A stretch of DNA of 64,000 nucleotides. Origin: Nitrospira sp. (GTDB taxonomy: Bacteria > Nitrospirota > Nitrospiria > Nitrospirales > Nitrospiraceae). Each line of letters starts with the position of its first letter. Position 1 is the first letter of the stretch. A model generated the notes under the pieces. That model saw only the letters and a program-made list of their open reading frames with translations, was not told the origin of the DNA and made no database searches. The stretch is taken from NCBI GenBank assembly GCA_047150005.1, contig AP038806.1, forward strand, positions 2,336,001-2,400,000, read 5' to 3'. A program made the position numbers and the translations under genes. This document shows, in pieces, positions 9,600-20,201 of this stretch.

Positions 9600-10616
9600 A
9601 TGGCCGTTCCGGTTTCCCAAATGTTGACGGTGACCAAGTATGTGCTCACGCAACGGCTCAAAGGCGTGAAGCGGTATCCCTTGGTGCTGATGTTGGAGCC
9701 GCTGTTCCGCTGCAACCTGGCCTGCGCAGGTTGCGGGAAGATTCAGTATCCTGACCACGTGCTCGATAAACGGCTTACGCCCGAGCAATGTTGGGCGGCA
9801 GCGGAAGAATGCGGGGCCCCGATCGTCAGCATTCCCGGCGGCGAACCGCTGATTCATCCTGAAATCGCCAAAGTCGTCGAGGGCCTGGTCGCCCAACAAC
9901 GGTATGTCTATCTGTGCACCAACGCGATCCTCTTGGAACGAAAGCTGGATGAGTACAAGCCAAGCAAATTCCTCACCTTCAGCGTCCATATGGACGGGCT
10001 ACGGGACGAGCATGATCTGGCGGTGTGCCGAGACGGCGTCTATGACGTGGCGGTCAAGGCGATCAAGGCGGCCCTCAAGCGCGGGCACCGCGTGACGACC
10101 AATACCACCCTCTTCGACGATGCGAATCCCGAGCGGATCAGAAAGTTCTTCGACGAGATGATGGCGTTGGGAGTCGAAGGGATGATGATTTCGCCGGGGT
10201 ACAGTTATCAGAAGGCTCCGGATCAACAACACTTCCTCAAGCGGACGAGGACGCGTGAACTGTTCACGCGTATCCTCAGCAAACCCAAGGCGGGCTGGCA
10301 GTTCAATCAATCCCCGTTGTTTCTGGATTTCCTTATGGGGCGCCGGGAATATCAGTGCACACCGTGGGGTAATCCGACCTACAATGTGTTCGGATGGCAG
10401 AAGCCCTGCTATCTTCTCCAAGAAGGCTACGCCAAGACCTTCCGTGAATTGATGGAGACGACGGCATGGGATCAGTACGGAACCTCGAAGAACGAGAAAT
10501 GCGCCGACTGCATGGTGCATTGCGGCTATGAAGCTTCCGCGGTGCAGGATACGTTTGGCACCGTATCAGGATTCAGCCGCACCGTGAAACTGACGCTCTT
10601 GCCCACCTCACGATGA
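9600..10616 (+). CDS. hpnH: Adenosylhopane synthase, radical SAM
   Basis: YPLVLMLEPLFRCNLACAGCGKI, CTPWGNPT, CADCMVHCGYE. Confidence 0.96.
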   Translation: MAVPVSQMLTVTKYVLTQRLKGVKRYPLVLMLEPLFRCNLACAGCGKIQYPDHVLDKRLTPEQCWAAAEECGAPIVSIPGGEPLIHPEIAKVVEGLVAQQRYVYLCTNAILLERKLDEYKPSKFLTFSVHMDGLRDEHDLAVCRDGVYDVAVKAIKAALKRGHRVTTNTTLFDDANPERIRKFFDEMMALGVEGMMISPGYSYQKAPDQQHFLKRTRTRELFTRILSKPKAGWQFNQSPLFLDFLMGRREYQCTPWGNPTYNVFGWQKPCYLLQEGYAKTFRELMETTAWDQYGTSKNEKCADCMVHCGYEASAVQDTFGTVSGFSRTVKLTLLPTSR

Positions 10617-10704
10617 CACGTCGCGTAAAGCGTCGCTCGCCTTTTATCATTTACGGAAGCAATCTCCGAGATTCGGGACATGTTTCGCGAGCAACGGCCT
10701 CTCA

Positions 10705-11100
10705 ATGACCGATACGAAAAACCATAGCGATGGAGACCGATCCGGCTCGCTCGAAGGCCGCCGATTTCTCCCTGCTTCTCCGGCCGAGCTGGTCGAGGCG
10801 ATTGAATTGGCGTTCGACTATCGAGGCGACGTGACCATTGAATTAACGTCCGGCGAACGGCTGGAAGGCTATGTATTCAATCGGAACACCGGCGGTCCTG
10901 CTCCCGCTCTTGAGCTTTTCCCCACCGACGCTCCCGGCGTTCGACACATCCTTTACTCCGACATCGGTTCCATTGCCTTTACCGGCGAAGATACCGCCAC
11001 CGGGAAATCATGGGAGGCATGGGTCGCGAAGAAGGAATCCGAGCGACAAACGGAAATCGAACGGGTCGCCGCCGATGCCAAAGCCAGAGGGCATCTCTAG
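10705..11100 (+). CDS. Hypothetical protein (possibly Sm/SH3-like beta fold)
   Basis: 131-aa ORF with normal composition (AFDYRGDVTIEL...EGYVFN) following hpnH. Confidence 0.7.
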   Translation: MTDTKNHSDGDRSGSLEGRRFLPASPAELVEAIELAFDYRGDVTIELTSGERLEGYVFNRNTGGPAPALELFPTDAPGVRHILYSDIGSIAFTGEDTATGKSWEAWVAKKESERQTEIERVAADAKARGHL

Positions 11101-11237
11101 GGAGACCATCCCACGATCGTTCCCCTGCCTGCATCCGGCGGCAGTCTCCTCCACCATCCGCCGCGCCGGCTCACATTTTCCTAGCGCAAGTAATTGGAAA
11201 GCCATTCGTCTTTTCGATTGAAATCCTTGTCTTGTCG

Positions 11238-11266
11238 TTGACAAAGCAGGGGCCCTGTGTTAAAAG
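11238..11266 (+). promoter_or_regulatory. Putative sigma70 promoter
   Basis: TTGACA-N17-TAAAAG with TGn extension. Confidence 0.5.
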
Positions 11267-11384
11267 GGCCACCTCAAAATTGGGTTCGCTCGGTCTCAGC
11301 AAACGTGGCGTTGCAGGTGTCCGGTGCCGCGGATCAGGCAACGAAAAGCGCGTCGGTTCCGGGCTTCCGTGATGTCACGGCGAT

Positions 11385-11909
11385 GTGAGCATGAGATCGA
11401 AACCACTCGGGTGGAGCCGTACCCTGGCAGCTGTGGTGGTGATGTCCCCTGGGGCCGTTCTGGCCACCCATGAGGCCGATCACCGGTTTACGGTTGAAGG
11501 GTTTGTCTGCGGAGCCGATGGACAGGGCAGCTCGAACGTCGACGTCATGGTCAAAGACACGAAAGTGTCGTATGGCCAGGTCGTCAAGACGGACAGCGAA
11601 GGGTACTACAAGGCGACGTTTCATCTGCATAACGACAATCTCGGCGACCCTCTGCTGATTGAAGCCAAAGGAGAGCAGCGGGACGAAAAGGTGCAGTTTG
11701 ATCCGAAGGACTTGGAAGCCGAGAGGAAGATCCAGGTCAATTTCGGCAGCGGGTGCGTCCGGGATGTGACTCGTCCTCCCGCTTGGGTTTATGCAGGATT
11801 GGGAGCCGGCGCGATCGCGCTGGGTGGGTTCGTCGGAGCGAGGCTGATCCGTTCACGAAAGAAGCAGGGGCAGAAACGGGGGAAGTCGCAAGATAAGCGG
11901 AAGAAATAA
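11385..11909 (+). CDS. Exported protein with C-terminal membrane anchor, unknown function
   Basis: Signal peptide, beta-rich core with two Cys and several His, C-terminal TM helix and basic tail. Confidence 0.75.
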   Translation: MSMRSKPLGWSRTLAAVVVMSPGAVLATHEADHRFTVEGFVCGADGQGSSNVDVMVKDTKVSYGQVVKTDSEGYYKATFHLHNDNLGDPLLIEAKGEQRDEKVQFDPKDLEAERKIQVNFGSGCVRDVTRPPAWVYAGLGAGAIALGGFVGARLIRSRKKQGQKRGKSQDKRKK

Positions 11910-12136
11910 CCGAGGCGGTTCGTGGCGCGTCCGTGCACCCCGCCGAATCGGTCGGTTGAACTGGCGGGAGATGCGCGTACGTGAGGAGATTTGTTGTCGG
12001 AGAATTTGGTTGCCATTGACGCTTTTGCGGGGGATGTAGCCTCAGTAAAAGCGTCTTTTTTTCGTCTTTGATATGGCAAATATTTCTTATTGATGTCATC
12101 GGAATTGATGCAGGAAGAAAGGAGCTCGGAACCGTC

Positions 12137-12652
12137 ATGAAGCAGATGAAAATCGGACAGGCAGGAATTCTGTTCGCCGTGGGGCTGCTGGTTGCCGCAT
12201 GCGGTGGAGAAGGCGGCGGGGAAGGACCGGTCGTGCCTCCTCCTCCGGCTCCCGCCGAGTATGCGGACAAGCACATGCCGGCCGGCTGGTGGACCGACGC
12301 CGGGAAAGTGGAAGAGGGACGGAAATTGTTTATCGGTGAGACGAATCCCGACGTGAACTGCGCAAGCTGCCACGGCAAGGACGGGAAGCCCGTCAAGGCC
12401 GGCGCCCGTGACTTCCGTAACGCCGAACGGATGAAGCTGTATTCTGATTCCGTCTGGTTCTGGCGCATCTCGGAAGGGGTGCCCAATACGAAGATGAAGG
12501 CCTGGAAGAGCAAGCTCTCCGATGAAGACCGTTGGAAGCTCGTGCTCTTCGAGCGGAGCTTCGGTCTCGCCGGCAAGACCTGGGACGCCGACAAGAAACA
12601 GTGGGCGGACTCCGGCGACATCAAGGTCGCGGCGGCGGACGCAGTCAAGTAA
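12137..12652 (+). CDS. Monoheme cytochrome c lipoprotein
   Basis: Lipobox-like LVAAC, CASCH, KMKAW distal Met; start trimmed to ATG 12137. Confidence 0.9.
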   Translation: MKQMKIGQAGILFAVGLLVAACGGEGGGEGPVVPPPPAPAEYADKHMPAGWWTDAGKVEEGRKLFIGETNPDVNCASCHGKDGKPVKAGARDFRNAERMKLYSDSVWFWRISEGVPNTKMKAWKSKLSDEDRWKLVLFERSFGLAGKTWDADKKQWADSGDIKVAAADAVK

Positions 12653-12705
12653 GCGGACTTCGGCGGGATCGAACACTCGGGACGGTTAGGAGGGCGGCGA
12701 GCATC

Positions 12706-14409
12706 ATGAAAACATGGCAGCGAGGTCTGTTGGCCTTCTTTGCGCTTTTGGCGCTGTGCGGAGGCGTCGCCTACGCGCAGGCACCGGGTGCTCCGCCGGT
12801 GGAGTTCCCGTATACGGGGAACCGGACCGCCGTCTGGATCGTCGCGCAATTGCACATCCTGTTCGCCGCCTTCATCCTCGGCGCTCCCATCTTCGTCGTG
12901 ACGTCGGAGTGGTTGGGGTATCGCAAGCAGGACCCGCGCTACGATCGTTTGGCCAAGGAGGTCATGAAGGTCACCGTCATTCTCTACAGTATGACGGCCC
13001 TCACCGGCGGGCTGTTCATCTTCGTGCTATTGGCGACCTATCCCCAGTTCACCACCTGGCTGATCAATCACTTCTTTCTGCTGTTCGCCGTCATCTATCC
13101 GCTGCTGTTCATCGGCGAGACGATTCTTCTCTACATGTACTTCTATTCCTGGGATGCCTGGAAGGGACCGAAGAAGGCCCGGCACATCGCCCTCGGCGTG
13201 CTGCTCAACCTCATCGGCACCATCACGTTGTTCGTGATCGACGGACCGACCTCGTTCATGAACACACCGGTCAAGGCGGAAGGGGTCTCGCCGGCGGAGT
13301 TTCTGGCCACGGCAACGCTGTGGGACAAGATCTATAACTACAGCTGGATGCCGATGAATCTGCACCGGCTCGTCGGCAATGTCACGTTCGGCGGATTCAT
13401 CACCGGGCTGGTCGCGGCCTACATGTACATGGCCTCCAAAAAGGAAGAAGACCGGGCGTATTACGACTGGATGGGCTTTGTTGGGAATTTGATCGGTGTC
13501 GGCGCGCTGCTCTTCCTTCCGTTCATGGGCTATCTGTTGGCGTACGAATTGTGCGACTACGACGCCTCGATTTGTCCCTACATGATGGCGGACCAGCTGT
13601 CGATGTTTTTCGAGATGCAGGGGGCGATGGTGGGGCTGATCTTCCTCGCCAGCAATTACTACATCTGGTTGAGCATGAAGCGGATCGAAGGGGTGGAGCG
13701 GGTGAGAATGACCATCTTTGCTCCGCTCGTGATGGTGGCGCTGCCGTTTGTCATGACTTACGTCTGGACCATCTTCCCCGTGCCCGATCCCACGTCGTTG
13801 GCGATTCTGGTGCCTCTCGCCCTGCTGCCCATGGTGCTTGGGCGGTTCATCCCCATTACCGTCTCCTCCCGCACGGTGATCAAGGTGGGATTTTTGATGG
13901 TCGTGGTGGGCGACGCGATCTGGCTCACCCCGCACGGGTTCGTGCCGACCGGCGCCAAGTTGGTGGCCGACCTGGAACTTCCGTCCGATTGGAATTTTCT
14001 TGCGCTGATGCCGGCGAAGAACTCCGCGGCATTCACGCTGGTGTTCGTCACGATCGTGAATTACATCATCTATAATCGGGCGATCAACCAGGGTACGATC
14101 GTGTGGGGCAAGATCGATTTTGCATCCCAGTTCGTCCTCGTGTTCCTGGCCTTCAGCGCGATCTGGACGATGGGCCTGATGGGTGCGGTCCGCTCGCTGC
14201 TGCGGAAGTATTTCCACACGTACAATCTGCTGCCGGACTTCACGGCCGAGTCCTTCACGCCCACGTTGTCCTATTCGGCCTGGTGGATTACGGGCATTAC
14301 CGTTGCGTTTTTCGTCGTCGTCAGTTTCGCCATTCTCGTCACGCTCAGACCCTCAGAGGCCAAGGGGCACGTGTCCGAAGGCAGCCCTGCGCCTGCGGGA
14401 GCGAAGTGA
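12706..14409 (+). CDS. Cytochrome bd-like oxidase subunit I (CydA-like), copy 1
   Basis: QLHILFAAF, DPRYDRLAK, ETILLYMYFYSW, SFMNTP and NLHRL CydA-type motifs; polytopic; AGGAGG RBS. Confidence 0.85.
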   Translation: MKTWQRGLLAFFALLALCGGVAYAQAPGAPPVEFPYTGNRTAVWIVAQLHILFAAFILGAPIFVVTSEWLGYRKQDPRYDRLAKEVMKVTVILYSMTALTGGLFIFVLLATYPQFTTWLINHFFLLFAVIYPLLFIGETILLYMYFYSWDAWKGPKKARHIALGVLLNLIGTITLFVIDGPTSFMNTPVKAEGVSPAEFLATATLWDKIYNYSWMPMNLHRLVGNVTFGGFITGLVAAYMYMASKKEEDRAYYDWMGFVGNLIGVGALLFLPFMGYLLAYELCDYDASICPYMMADQLSMFFEMQGAMVGLIFLASNYYIWLSMKRIEGVERVRMTIFAPLVMVALPFVMTYVWTIFPVPDPTSLAILVPLALLPMVLGRFIPITVSSRTVIKVGFLMVVVGDAIWLTPHGFVPTGAKLVADLELPSDWNFLALMPAKNSAAFTLVFVTIVNYIIYNRAINQGTIVWGKIDFASQFVLVFLAFSAIWTMGLMGAVRSLLRKYFHTYNLLPDFTAESFTPTLSYSAWWITGITVAFFVVVSFAILVTLRPSEAKGHVSEGSPAPAGAK

Positions 14410-14448
14410 ACTGATCGAAGGATCTGCTAACGGAAAAGGATCGTTTTT

Positions 14449-15255
14449 ATGGGTAATGTGATCAAGAAACTGGTGGTCGGGTTGGTGGTGGCGGGGGCGC
14501 TGTTCGGCATTACGAACGCGTTGGACTTCCCCTCCGTGTTCCAAATGATGTTCGTGGCGTATGCGCTGCTGGGTACCGCCGTCTTCATGTTGCTCGATGC
14601 TCCGTCCCTCAAACCCCTGAGCGGTGTGAAGGCGCTGGCCGCCTTGGTGGGGTTCTATATCGTGCTCTGCGTCGTATACATCGCCGGCGCCTCGCTCTGG
14701 CCGCAATACGACCCGGAAGACGAGAAGGGGAAGATCGAAAAAATTCTGAAACCCAAACGGGCTGCGACCGAGCAAGGAAAGGCCGACGAACTGCTGGCCA
14801 GGGCCAAGGCGCTCGACGAGCAGGCCAAGGCCTTGTCGGCCCGCATCAAGGCGTTGGGCGGGGATCAGGCCACCGCCTCGCAATCCGCCGGCGGACCCGG
14901 GGCGCCTCCGGCGACGACCGGCGCGGTCGGAGGCGACGTGCTGAAAGTCGGCGAGGACCAATGGCAGCTGCAGGAGTGCTATAACTGCCACAAGTTGCGC
15001 GGCGAGGGCGGCAAGAAGCGCGGTCCCGAGCTCGACAACATCGGTAGTCTTCTGACGGTCGACGAGATCAAACAGAAGATTCTCGATCCCAAGAGCTGGA
15101 TGGCCGACGGGTTCGAGAAAGAGTTCGAAAAGGGCAAGATGCCCGACAAGTACAAGGATCTGATGGAGGAAAAGGACGTCGTGGCATTGGCGACCTGGTT
15201 AGGCACCTTCAAGAACGCCTCGGTCAATACACCGAAGCCGATCAAGAAAAAATAG
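14449..15255 (+). CDS. Membrane-anchored cytochrome c
   Basis: Three TM helices, CYNCH, RGPELDNIG, KMP. Confidence 0.88.
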   Translation: MGNVIKKLVVGLVVAGALFGITNALDFPSVFQMMFVAYALLGTAVFMLLDAPSLKPLSGVKALAALVGFYIVLCVVYIAGASLWPQYDPEDEKGKIEKILKPKRAATEQGKADELLARAKALDEQAKALSARIKALGGDQATASQSAGGPGAPPATTGAVGGDVLKVGEDQWQLQECYNCHKLRGEGGKKRGPELDNIGSLLTVDEIKQKILDPKSWMADGFEKEFEKGKMPDKYKDLMEEKDVVALATWLGTFKNASVNTPKPIKKK

Positions 15256-15256
15256 C

Positions 15257-16189
15257 ATGCAGCCCAAACTCAAGTCGAAAGTTCATTGCTCGGATCGCGA
15301 AGTCGGAGAGGTGGCGAGCGTCATCGTCGATCCGCTGTCGCGCCAAATCAGTCACATCGTCGTGTCCATGAACGGACACGGCGAACGCCAGGTGGCGATG
15401 GGCCAGGTGCAGAGCGTGACGGAGGGCGCCGTGCAGTTGAGGACCACATTCTCCGAGGTCGTGGCGTTGCCGGCGTTCAAGCGCGAGGAGTACGTCACCA
15501 GCCACGAAGTGGAAATCCCCCATCTGGAAGATAGCGTCCACGTCACTCCGGGCGAGGTGCTGGTCCCCTTCCCTGAGCTGGAGAAGAGCGTCAAGCGCCG
15601 AACCTTCTTCATGAATTTCACCCATGCGATCGGCTTTTTGATCGGGCTGCCGATCGCCTATCCCGTCTTGCGTTACCTGATGAAGCCCATGTATGCCCCC
15701 TTCGACAACGGGTGGTTGAAGATCGGAAACGTCGGCAAGATCAAGCAGGAGGACATCGGGGTCCAGTTCAAGTACAAGAAAAAGGTCAAGGAAGCCTACA
15801 TGCCGGAATCCGAGATCGAGAAAAACGTCTGGATTCTGAAGGGCACACCGGCCGTCCTCGAGAAGGTCTATCAAGGCAAGGACATGGAGTTTCGCGACGC
15901 CTTGGGCAAGACGATCTGGACCAACAAGAAAGACATTCCCTATGTCGCCTTCTCGGGCAAGTGTCCCCATCTCGGCTGCGGATACAAGTGGCGGCAGCAT
16001 AAGGTGCTCGGACAAGTCTTCTTGTGTCCCTGCCATCTGAGCATCTACGATGCCTCCGGAAAGGTCCTCGACGGACCGGCGCCCCGGCCTCTGGACGCCT
16101 TGCCCATACGCGTGTCAGCGGGAGGTGAGGTCGAAATCGTCGATATGGAATTCAAGGCCGGTACGAAATCACAAATCCGGATCATCTGA
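15257..16189 (+). CDS. qcrA: Rieske Fe-S subunit of a bc complex with an N-terminal PRC-barrel-like domain
   Basis: CPHLGC...CPCH; internal KRRTFF plus TM helix; N-terminal VHCSDREVGEVASVIVDP PRC-like pattern. Confidence 0.88.
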   Translation: MQPKLKSKVHCSDREVGEVASVIVDPLSRQISHIVVSMNGHGERQVAMGQVQSVTEGAVQLRTTFSEVVALPAFKREEYVTSHEVEIPHLEDSVHVTPGEVLVPFPELEKSVKRRTFFMNFTHAIGFLIGLPIAYPVLRYLMKPMYAPFDNGWLKIGNVGKIKQEDIGVQFKYKKKVKEAYMPESEIEKNVWILKGTPAVLEKVYQGKDMEFRDALGKTIWTNKKDIPYVAFSGKCPHLGCGYKWRQHKVLGQVFLCPCHLSIYDASGKVLDGPAPRPLDALPIRVSAGGEVEIVDMEFKAGTKSQIRII

Positions 16190-16191
16190 CC

Positions 16192-17304
16192 ATGGCACAC
16201 TCGTCTCTACCCAGCAGCCAGCCGACCGCCATCGAAAAAGTCGTGGCCTTCATCGACGAGCGTGTCGGATTGAAGCAGATGCAGGCCAAGATGCTGAACG
16301 AGCCGGTTCCAGGCGGTTCGCGCTGGGCCTACGTGTTCGGGTCGGTCCTGCTCTTCATCTTCATCATGCAGGCGGTGACCGGCATTCTGTTGATGTTCTA
16401 TTACGTCCCGACCGCCGATCACGCGTATGCCAGCACGCAGTACATCATTCATGACGTCGATTACGGCTGGTTCCTGCTGAGCTATCACTTCTGGGGCTCG
16501 ACCGCGATGGTCGTCTGCGTCTTTGCGCACATGTCGCAGGTGTTTCTCTGGGGCGCCTATAAGAGCCCGCGCGAAATGATTTGGCTGGTCGGCTTGGCTC
16601 TCTTCGGCATCGTCATGGGATTCGGCTTCACCGGCTATCTGTTGCCCTGGGACCAGCGCGCCTATTGGGCGACGACCGTGGGCGTGGAGATCATGGACAA
16701 GACGCCGGTCCTCGGCGATTTCATGGCGCGCTTTCTCAAGGGAGGGCCGACGCCCGGACAGATGACCTTGAGCCGGTTCTTCGTCATTCACGTCATGATT
16801 CTGCCCGCCGCCTTGATGGGGCTTGCCGGGCTTCATCTCTTCCTCTTCAGGTCGGCGGGACCGGCCGGACCGTTCCGGGGCACCACGGAGGAACTCAAGG
16901 CGAAGACGGATTACTTCTTTCCCCGCCAGATCTGGAAGGACATCGTCGGGATGGCGGTCGTATTCGCCAGCATCTGTGCCTTGGCCTTCTGGGAACCGGT
17001 GGTCTTGCTTGAAGAGGCGACCCCCGACCCCGGCGATTACCACCCGGAACCGGAGTGGTACTTTCTGTTCCTGTTCCAATTGCTCAGGCTGAAGATCTTC
17101 GCAGGGGAGTTCGGGCAGTTTCTGGGTGCCATTGCTTTGCCGGGGGCCTTCATGGCCTTATTGGCCGCCTTGCCCTTCATCGACAGGGACCCGGAGCGCA
17201 ATATCTTCAAGCGTCCGATCGCCTTGATCGGCTGGATCGTCGTCATGGTGTCCATTCTGCTGTTTACGGTCTCCGCCATCATCAACCGGGAATTTCTGGA
17301 CTGA
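16192..17304 (+). CDS. qcrB: Cytochrome b of a bc complex (b6 and subunit IV-like parts in one chain)
   Basis: [36 protein letters not shown]...LH, PEWY. Confidence 0.94.
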   Translation: MAHSSLPSSQPTAIEKVVAFIDERVGLKQMQAKMLNEPVPGGSRWAYVFGSVLLFIFIMQAVTGILLMFYYVPTADHAYASTQYIIHDVDYGWFLLSYHFWGSTAMVVCVFAHMSQVFLWGAYKSPREMIWLVGLALFGIVMGFGFTGYLLPWDQRAYWATTVGVEIMDKTPVLGDFMARFLKGGPTPGQMTLSRFFVIHVMILPAALMGLAGLHLFLFRSAGPAGPFRGTTEELKAKTDYFFPRQIWKDIVGMAVVFASICALAFWEPVVLLEEATPDPGDYHPEPEWYFLFLFQLLRLKIFAGEFGQFLGAIALPGAFMALLAALPFIDRDPERNIFKRPIALIGWIVVMVSILLFTVSAIINREFLD

Positions 17305-17327
17305 GCATTTCAGTCCCACGAGCGACC

Positions 17328-18317
17328 ATGGCCGACGAACGCGAATCTTTGTCTCCAACCAAAATCGGGCTCGGGGTCCTTTGGCCGGCGTTCTGGACCG
17401 CCCTTCCCTTCAAGCTGGCCTTTACGCTTGTGTTCCTGGCCATGGACCTGATGCACTTCGAAGGGCGCATCGGCCTGGCCTTCGTCATGCTTCTGGCCAG
17501 CCCTGTGACGGTCCTTGCTCTTCCGATCATTACGATGGGGCTCGATTCGCACATCGGCGAAGGTGCCGGAATCGGCTTTCTGTTCCTGCTCTCCATTCCC
17601 ATCGATATCTGGGCCCTCGGCGTCGTGGGCCGGACGTTCTTCCTTGAGCGGTTGAGGCGCGAGCCGCCCGGCAGTCTGGGCATGACGCTCTGGTGGAAGA
17701 GTGCTCTCGTTGGGGCTGTCTTCCTTCCGATTCTCTGGATCGTCGTGAGCGCCGTCACCTCGACGGGCATCGCGATCTCGCATTCCCTTATGGAACTGGA
17801 GTTGTTCAAAGCGGTGCCCGTAGCCGAACGGATCAGCATCGAATTGACCTTGTGGGGGTCGGTCGCGAGCGCGGTGCTGATCATCCTGTTGTTGATCGGC
17901 GTATCCCTCGTCGGTCGATTGATCCGGAGCATGGCCCAGGCGGCACCTTCCGTTTCGGAAAATTACCAGGGACTGATTACGAGATGGGATTTGATGCGCG
18001 TCCCGGCTGATCAGGGCTTGATGCTGACCTCCTTGACCGGCGCCGGCGCGGTCTTGTCGGTGCTGTTCTGGATGGCCTTGCCCGTCACGACCCCTCATCC
18101 TCACGAATGCTGCAAGAAGCCGGAAGTCAAGGCCGAGCCGCCCTTGAGGCCTCTCGAAAGCTTATCGAAGAACGAAAAAGTCATCGCCCAGCTCTCGGCA
18201 CAGGTCGAGGCGTTGGAAAAGCAGAAGACCGAGAAGGCCGAAGCAGAAGCGGACAAAGGCAAAGCAAAAGGCAAGGCAGGGAAGGACAAGGACGCTTCAC
18301 CTGCGAAGAAACCGTAA
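17328..18317 (+). CDS. Polytopic membrane protein of unknown function in the respiratory operon
   Basis: About 6-7 TM helices, PHPHECC motif, coiled-coil and Lys-rich tail; start trimmed to ATG 17328. Confidence 0.75.
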   Translation: MADERESLSPTKIGLGVLWPAFWTALPFKLAFTLVFLAMDLMHFEGRIGLAFVMLLASPVTVLALPIITMGLDSHIGEGAGIGFLFLLSIPIDIWALGVVGRTFFLERLRREPPGSLGMTLWWKSALVGAVFLPILWIVVSAVTSTGIAISHSLMELELFKAVPVAERISIELTLWGSVASAVLIILLLIGVSLVGRLIRSMAQAAPSVSENYQGLITRWDLMRVPADQGLMLTSLTGAGAVLSVLFWMALPVTTPHPHECCKKPEVKAEPPLRPLESLSKNEKVIAQLSAQVEALEKQKTEKAEAEADKGKAKGKAGKDKDASPAKKP

Positions 18318-18343
18318 TGATTCCCAGAGATGAGGTGAGTGCC

Positions 18344-20197
18344 ATGCAATACGGCGGCGCATCGATTCAGCGGGTCCTTCGGACCACCGGTGGTCTTCGC
18401 GAGGTCCTCGCCGGGCTCATGGTCGCCGTGGGCCTCCTGGCCCTTCCTTCGTTCGGGGTCGCCGCGGACACCCCGGCGGCGGCGACCGAGTACAGGGACA
18501 TTCCCGGCATCGGGAGCCGCAACATCGTCTGGATCATCGCGCAGCTGCATCTTCTGCTCGCCGGCTTCGTGTTAGGCGTGCCGATTTTTGCCTGGCTCTG
18601 CGAAGTCGTCGGCTGGAAGAGCGGGGAAAAGCGCTACGATAAGCTGGCCAAGGAATTCACCAAACTGCTGACCTCCTCCTACGCGACCACAGCGCTGTTC
18701 GGCGGCATTCTCTTGTTCCTGCTCATCGCGTTCTACCCGAAGCTGATGAACTACCTGACGGATATCTTCTTCCCCTCCTTCATTTTCTACTGCATCCTAT
18801 TCCTCTTGGAAACCGCCACTCTGTACCTCTACTGGTACGGTTGGGATGCGATGCAGGACGGCGGGAAGAAGACGTTTCATATTTTCCTGGGCTTTCTGCT
18901 CAATCTCTTCGCGTTCTTCATCATGATCGTCCCCAATTCCTGGGCGACCTTCCAGGCCAGCCCCGTCGTGATCGCCGAAGGGACGGACCTGCAGCGCGCC
19001 TGGGCTGCGACCTGGAACCCCACCTGGTGGCCCGTGAACATCCACCGGTTGATCGCCAACGTCGTGCTCGGCGGGTACATTTGCGGCGCTTACGCCGGCA
19101 TCCGGTATCTGGCGGCCAGAAACGCAGAAGAGCGTGACCACTACGACTGGATGGGCTATGTCGGCAACTTCATCGGAGTATTCGGGCTGTTGCCCCTTCC
19201 GTTCGCCGGTTATTGGCTGATGCGCGAAATCTACCAATACAATCAGCAGATGGGCATCACCCTGATGGGCGGATTCCTGTCCTGGCTGTTTATTCTACAG
19301 GCCATGTTGATCGGGGTTCTGTTCCTTGGCTCCAACTATTATTTCTGGCTCGGTATTACGCACCGCATCCCGGGTTCGGAAATGAGATACCGTAAACCCA
19401 TCATGACGATGTTGGTCATCCTCCTCCTGTGTTTGGGAGTGTGGATGACACCGCACTCGCTCGTCGCCAGCTTGGAAGAAGCCCGCAAGATGGGCGGCAC
19501 CCACCATCCTCTGCTCGGGGTATTCGGGGTCATGTCCGCCAAGATGACGGTGGCCAATCTCATGATTCTTGTCACATTCATGAGTTTTATTATGTATTGG
19601 CGCGCGGGCAAACAGGAGACGGCCACCTGGGCCAAGGTGGCGAAGTCAGTCATGGGCGGAGTGCTCGTACTTGCGGGTATTGCCGTGATCGTGCTCGGCG
19701 TGTGGGGCTATTTTGTGCCGGCGATCATCCGCATCAATTACTTCTCGACCTCGCAGGTGCTCATCGTGCTGTTCGTCATGCTGACGATCACGCCCTTGAC
19801 GGCCCTGTTGTTAAAAAGCGCCAAGACCACCACCGAAATGGTGTGGGGCCGCATGCCTCCGCGGGCGGGCTACGCGCTGGTCTTGAACGCGGTGATGGTC
19901 ATCCTGCTCATGACGCTGATGGGCTATGCCCGATCGTCCTCCAGAGTGCACTGGCACATCTACGGTGTCATGCGGGACTCGTCTCAATACGCCTTTTCTC
20001 CGGCGCTCGGCTATGCCGCGGCCTTCATGGCGTTGAACACGTTCTTGTTCTGCCTTCTTGTGGCCTTCATCTTCTGGGTCGCGACGATGGGGGATAAGGG
20101 CAAGGCGGGAGGACAGGGCGAGGCGGCCAAAGGAGCGTTGCCGCACGGCGTGCCGGCTATGGCGGGCGGATCTCCGGCTCGCCGGAGCGAGCAATGA
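18344..20197 (+). CDS. Cytochrome bd-like oxidase subunit I (CydA-like), copy 2
   Basis: Paralog of 12706..14409 (QLHLLLAGF, RYDKLAK, NIHRL, YDWMGYVGN) with extra His (MTPHS, GTHHP, VHWH); start 18344 (alternative 18317). Confidence 0.85.
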   Translation: MQYGGASIQRVLRTTGGLREVLAGLMVAVGLLALPSFGVAADTPAAATEYRDIPGIGSRNIVWIIAQLHLLLAGFVLGVPIFAWLCEVVGWKSGEKRYDKLAKEFTKLLTSSYATTALFGGILLFLLIAFYPKLMNYLTDIFFPSFIFYCILFLLETATLYLYWYGWDAMQDGGKKTFHIFLGFLLNLFAFFIMIVPNSWATFQASPVVIAEGTDLQRAWAATWNPTWWPVNIHRLIANVVLGGYICGAYAGIRYLAARNAEERDHYDWMGYVGNFIGVFGLLPLPFAGYWLMREIYQYNQQMGITLMGGFLSWLFILQAMLIGVLFLGSNYYFWLGITHRIPGSEMRYRKPIMTMLVILLLCLGVWMTPHSLVASLEEARKMGGTHHPLLGVFGVMSAKMTVANLMILVTFMSFIMYWRAGKQETATWAKVAKSVMGGVLVLAGIAVIVLGVWGYFVPAIIRINYFSTSQVLIVLFVMLTITPLTALLLKSAKTTTEMVWGRMPPRAGYALVLNAVMVILLMTLMGYARSSSRVHWHIYGVMRDSSQYAFSPALGYAAAFMALNTFLFCLLVAFIFWVATMGDKGKAGGQGEAAKGALPHGVPAMAGGSPARRSEQ

Positions 20198-20201
20198 GTA
20201 A

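Noticed and set aside
12010..12115. FNR/CRP box upstream of the respiratory operon
   Set aside because: Several TTGAT half-sites and a GACGCTTTT/AAAAGCGTC inverted repeat are present, but no correctly spaced TTGAT-N4-ATCAA
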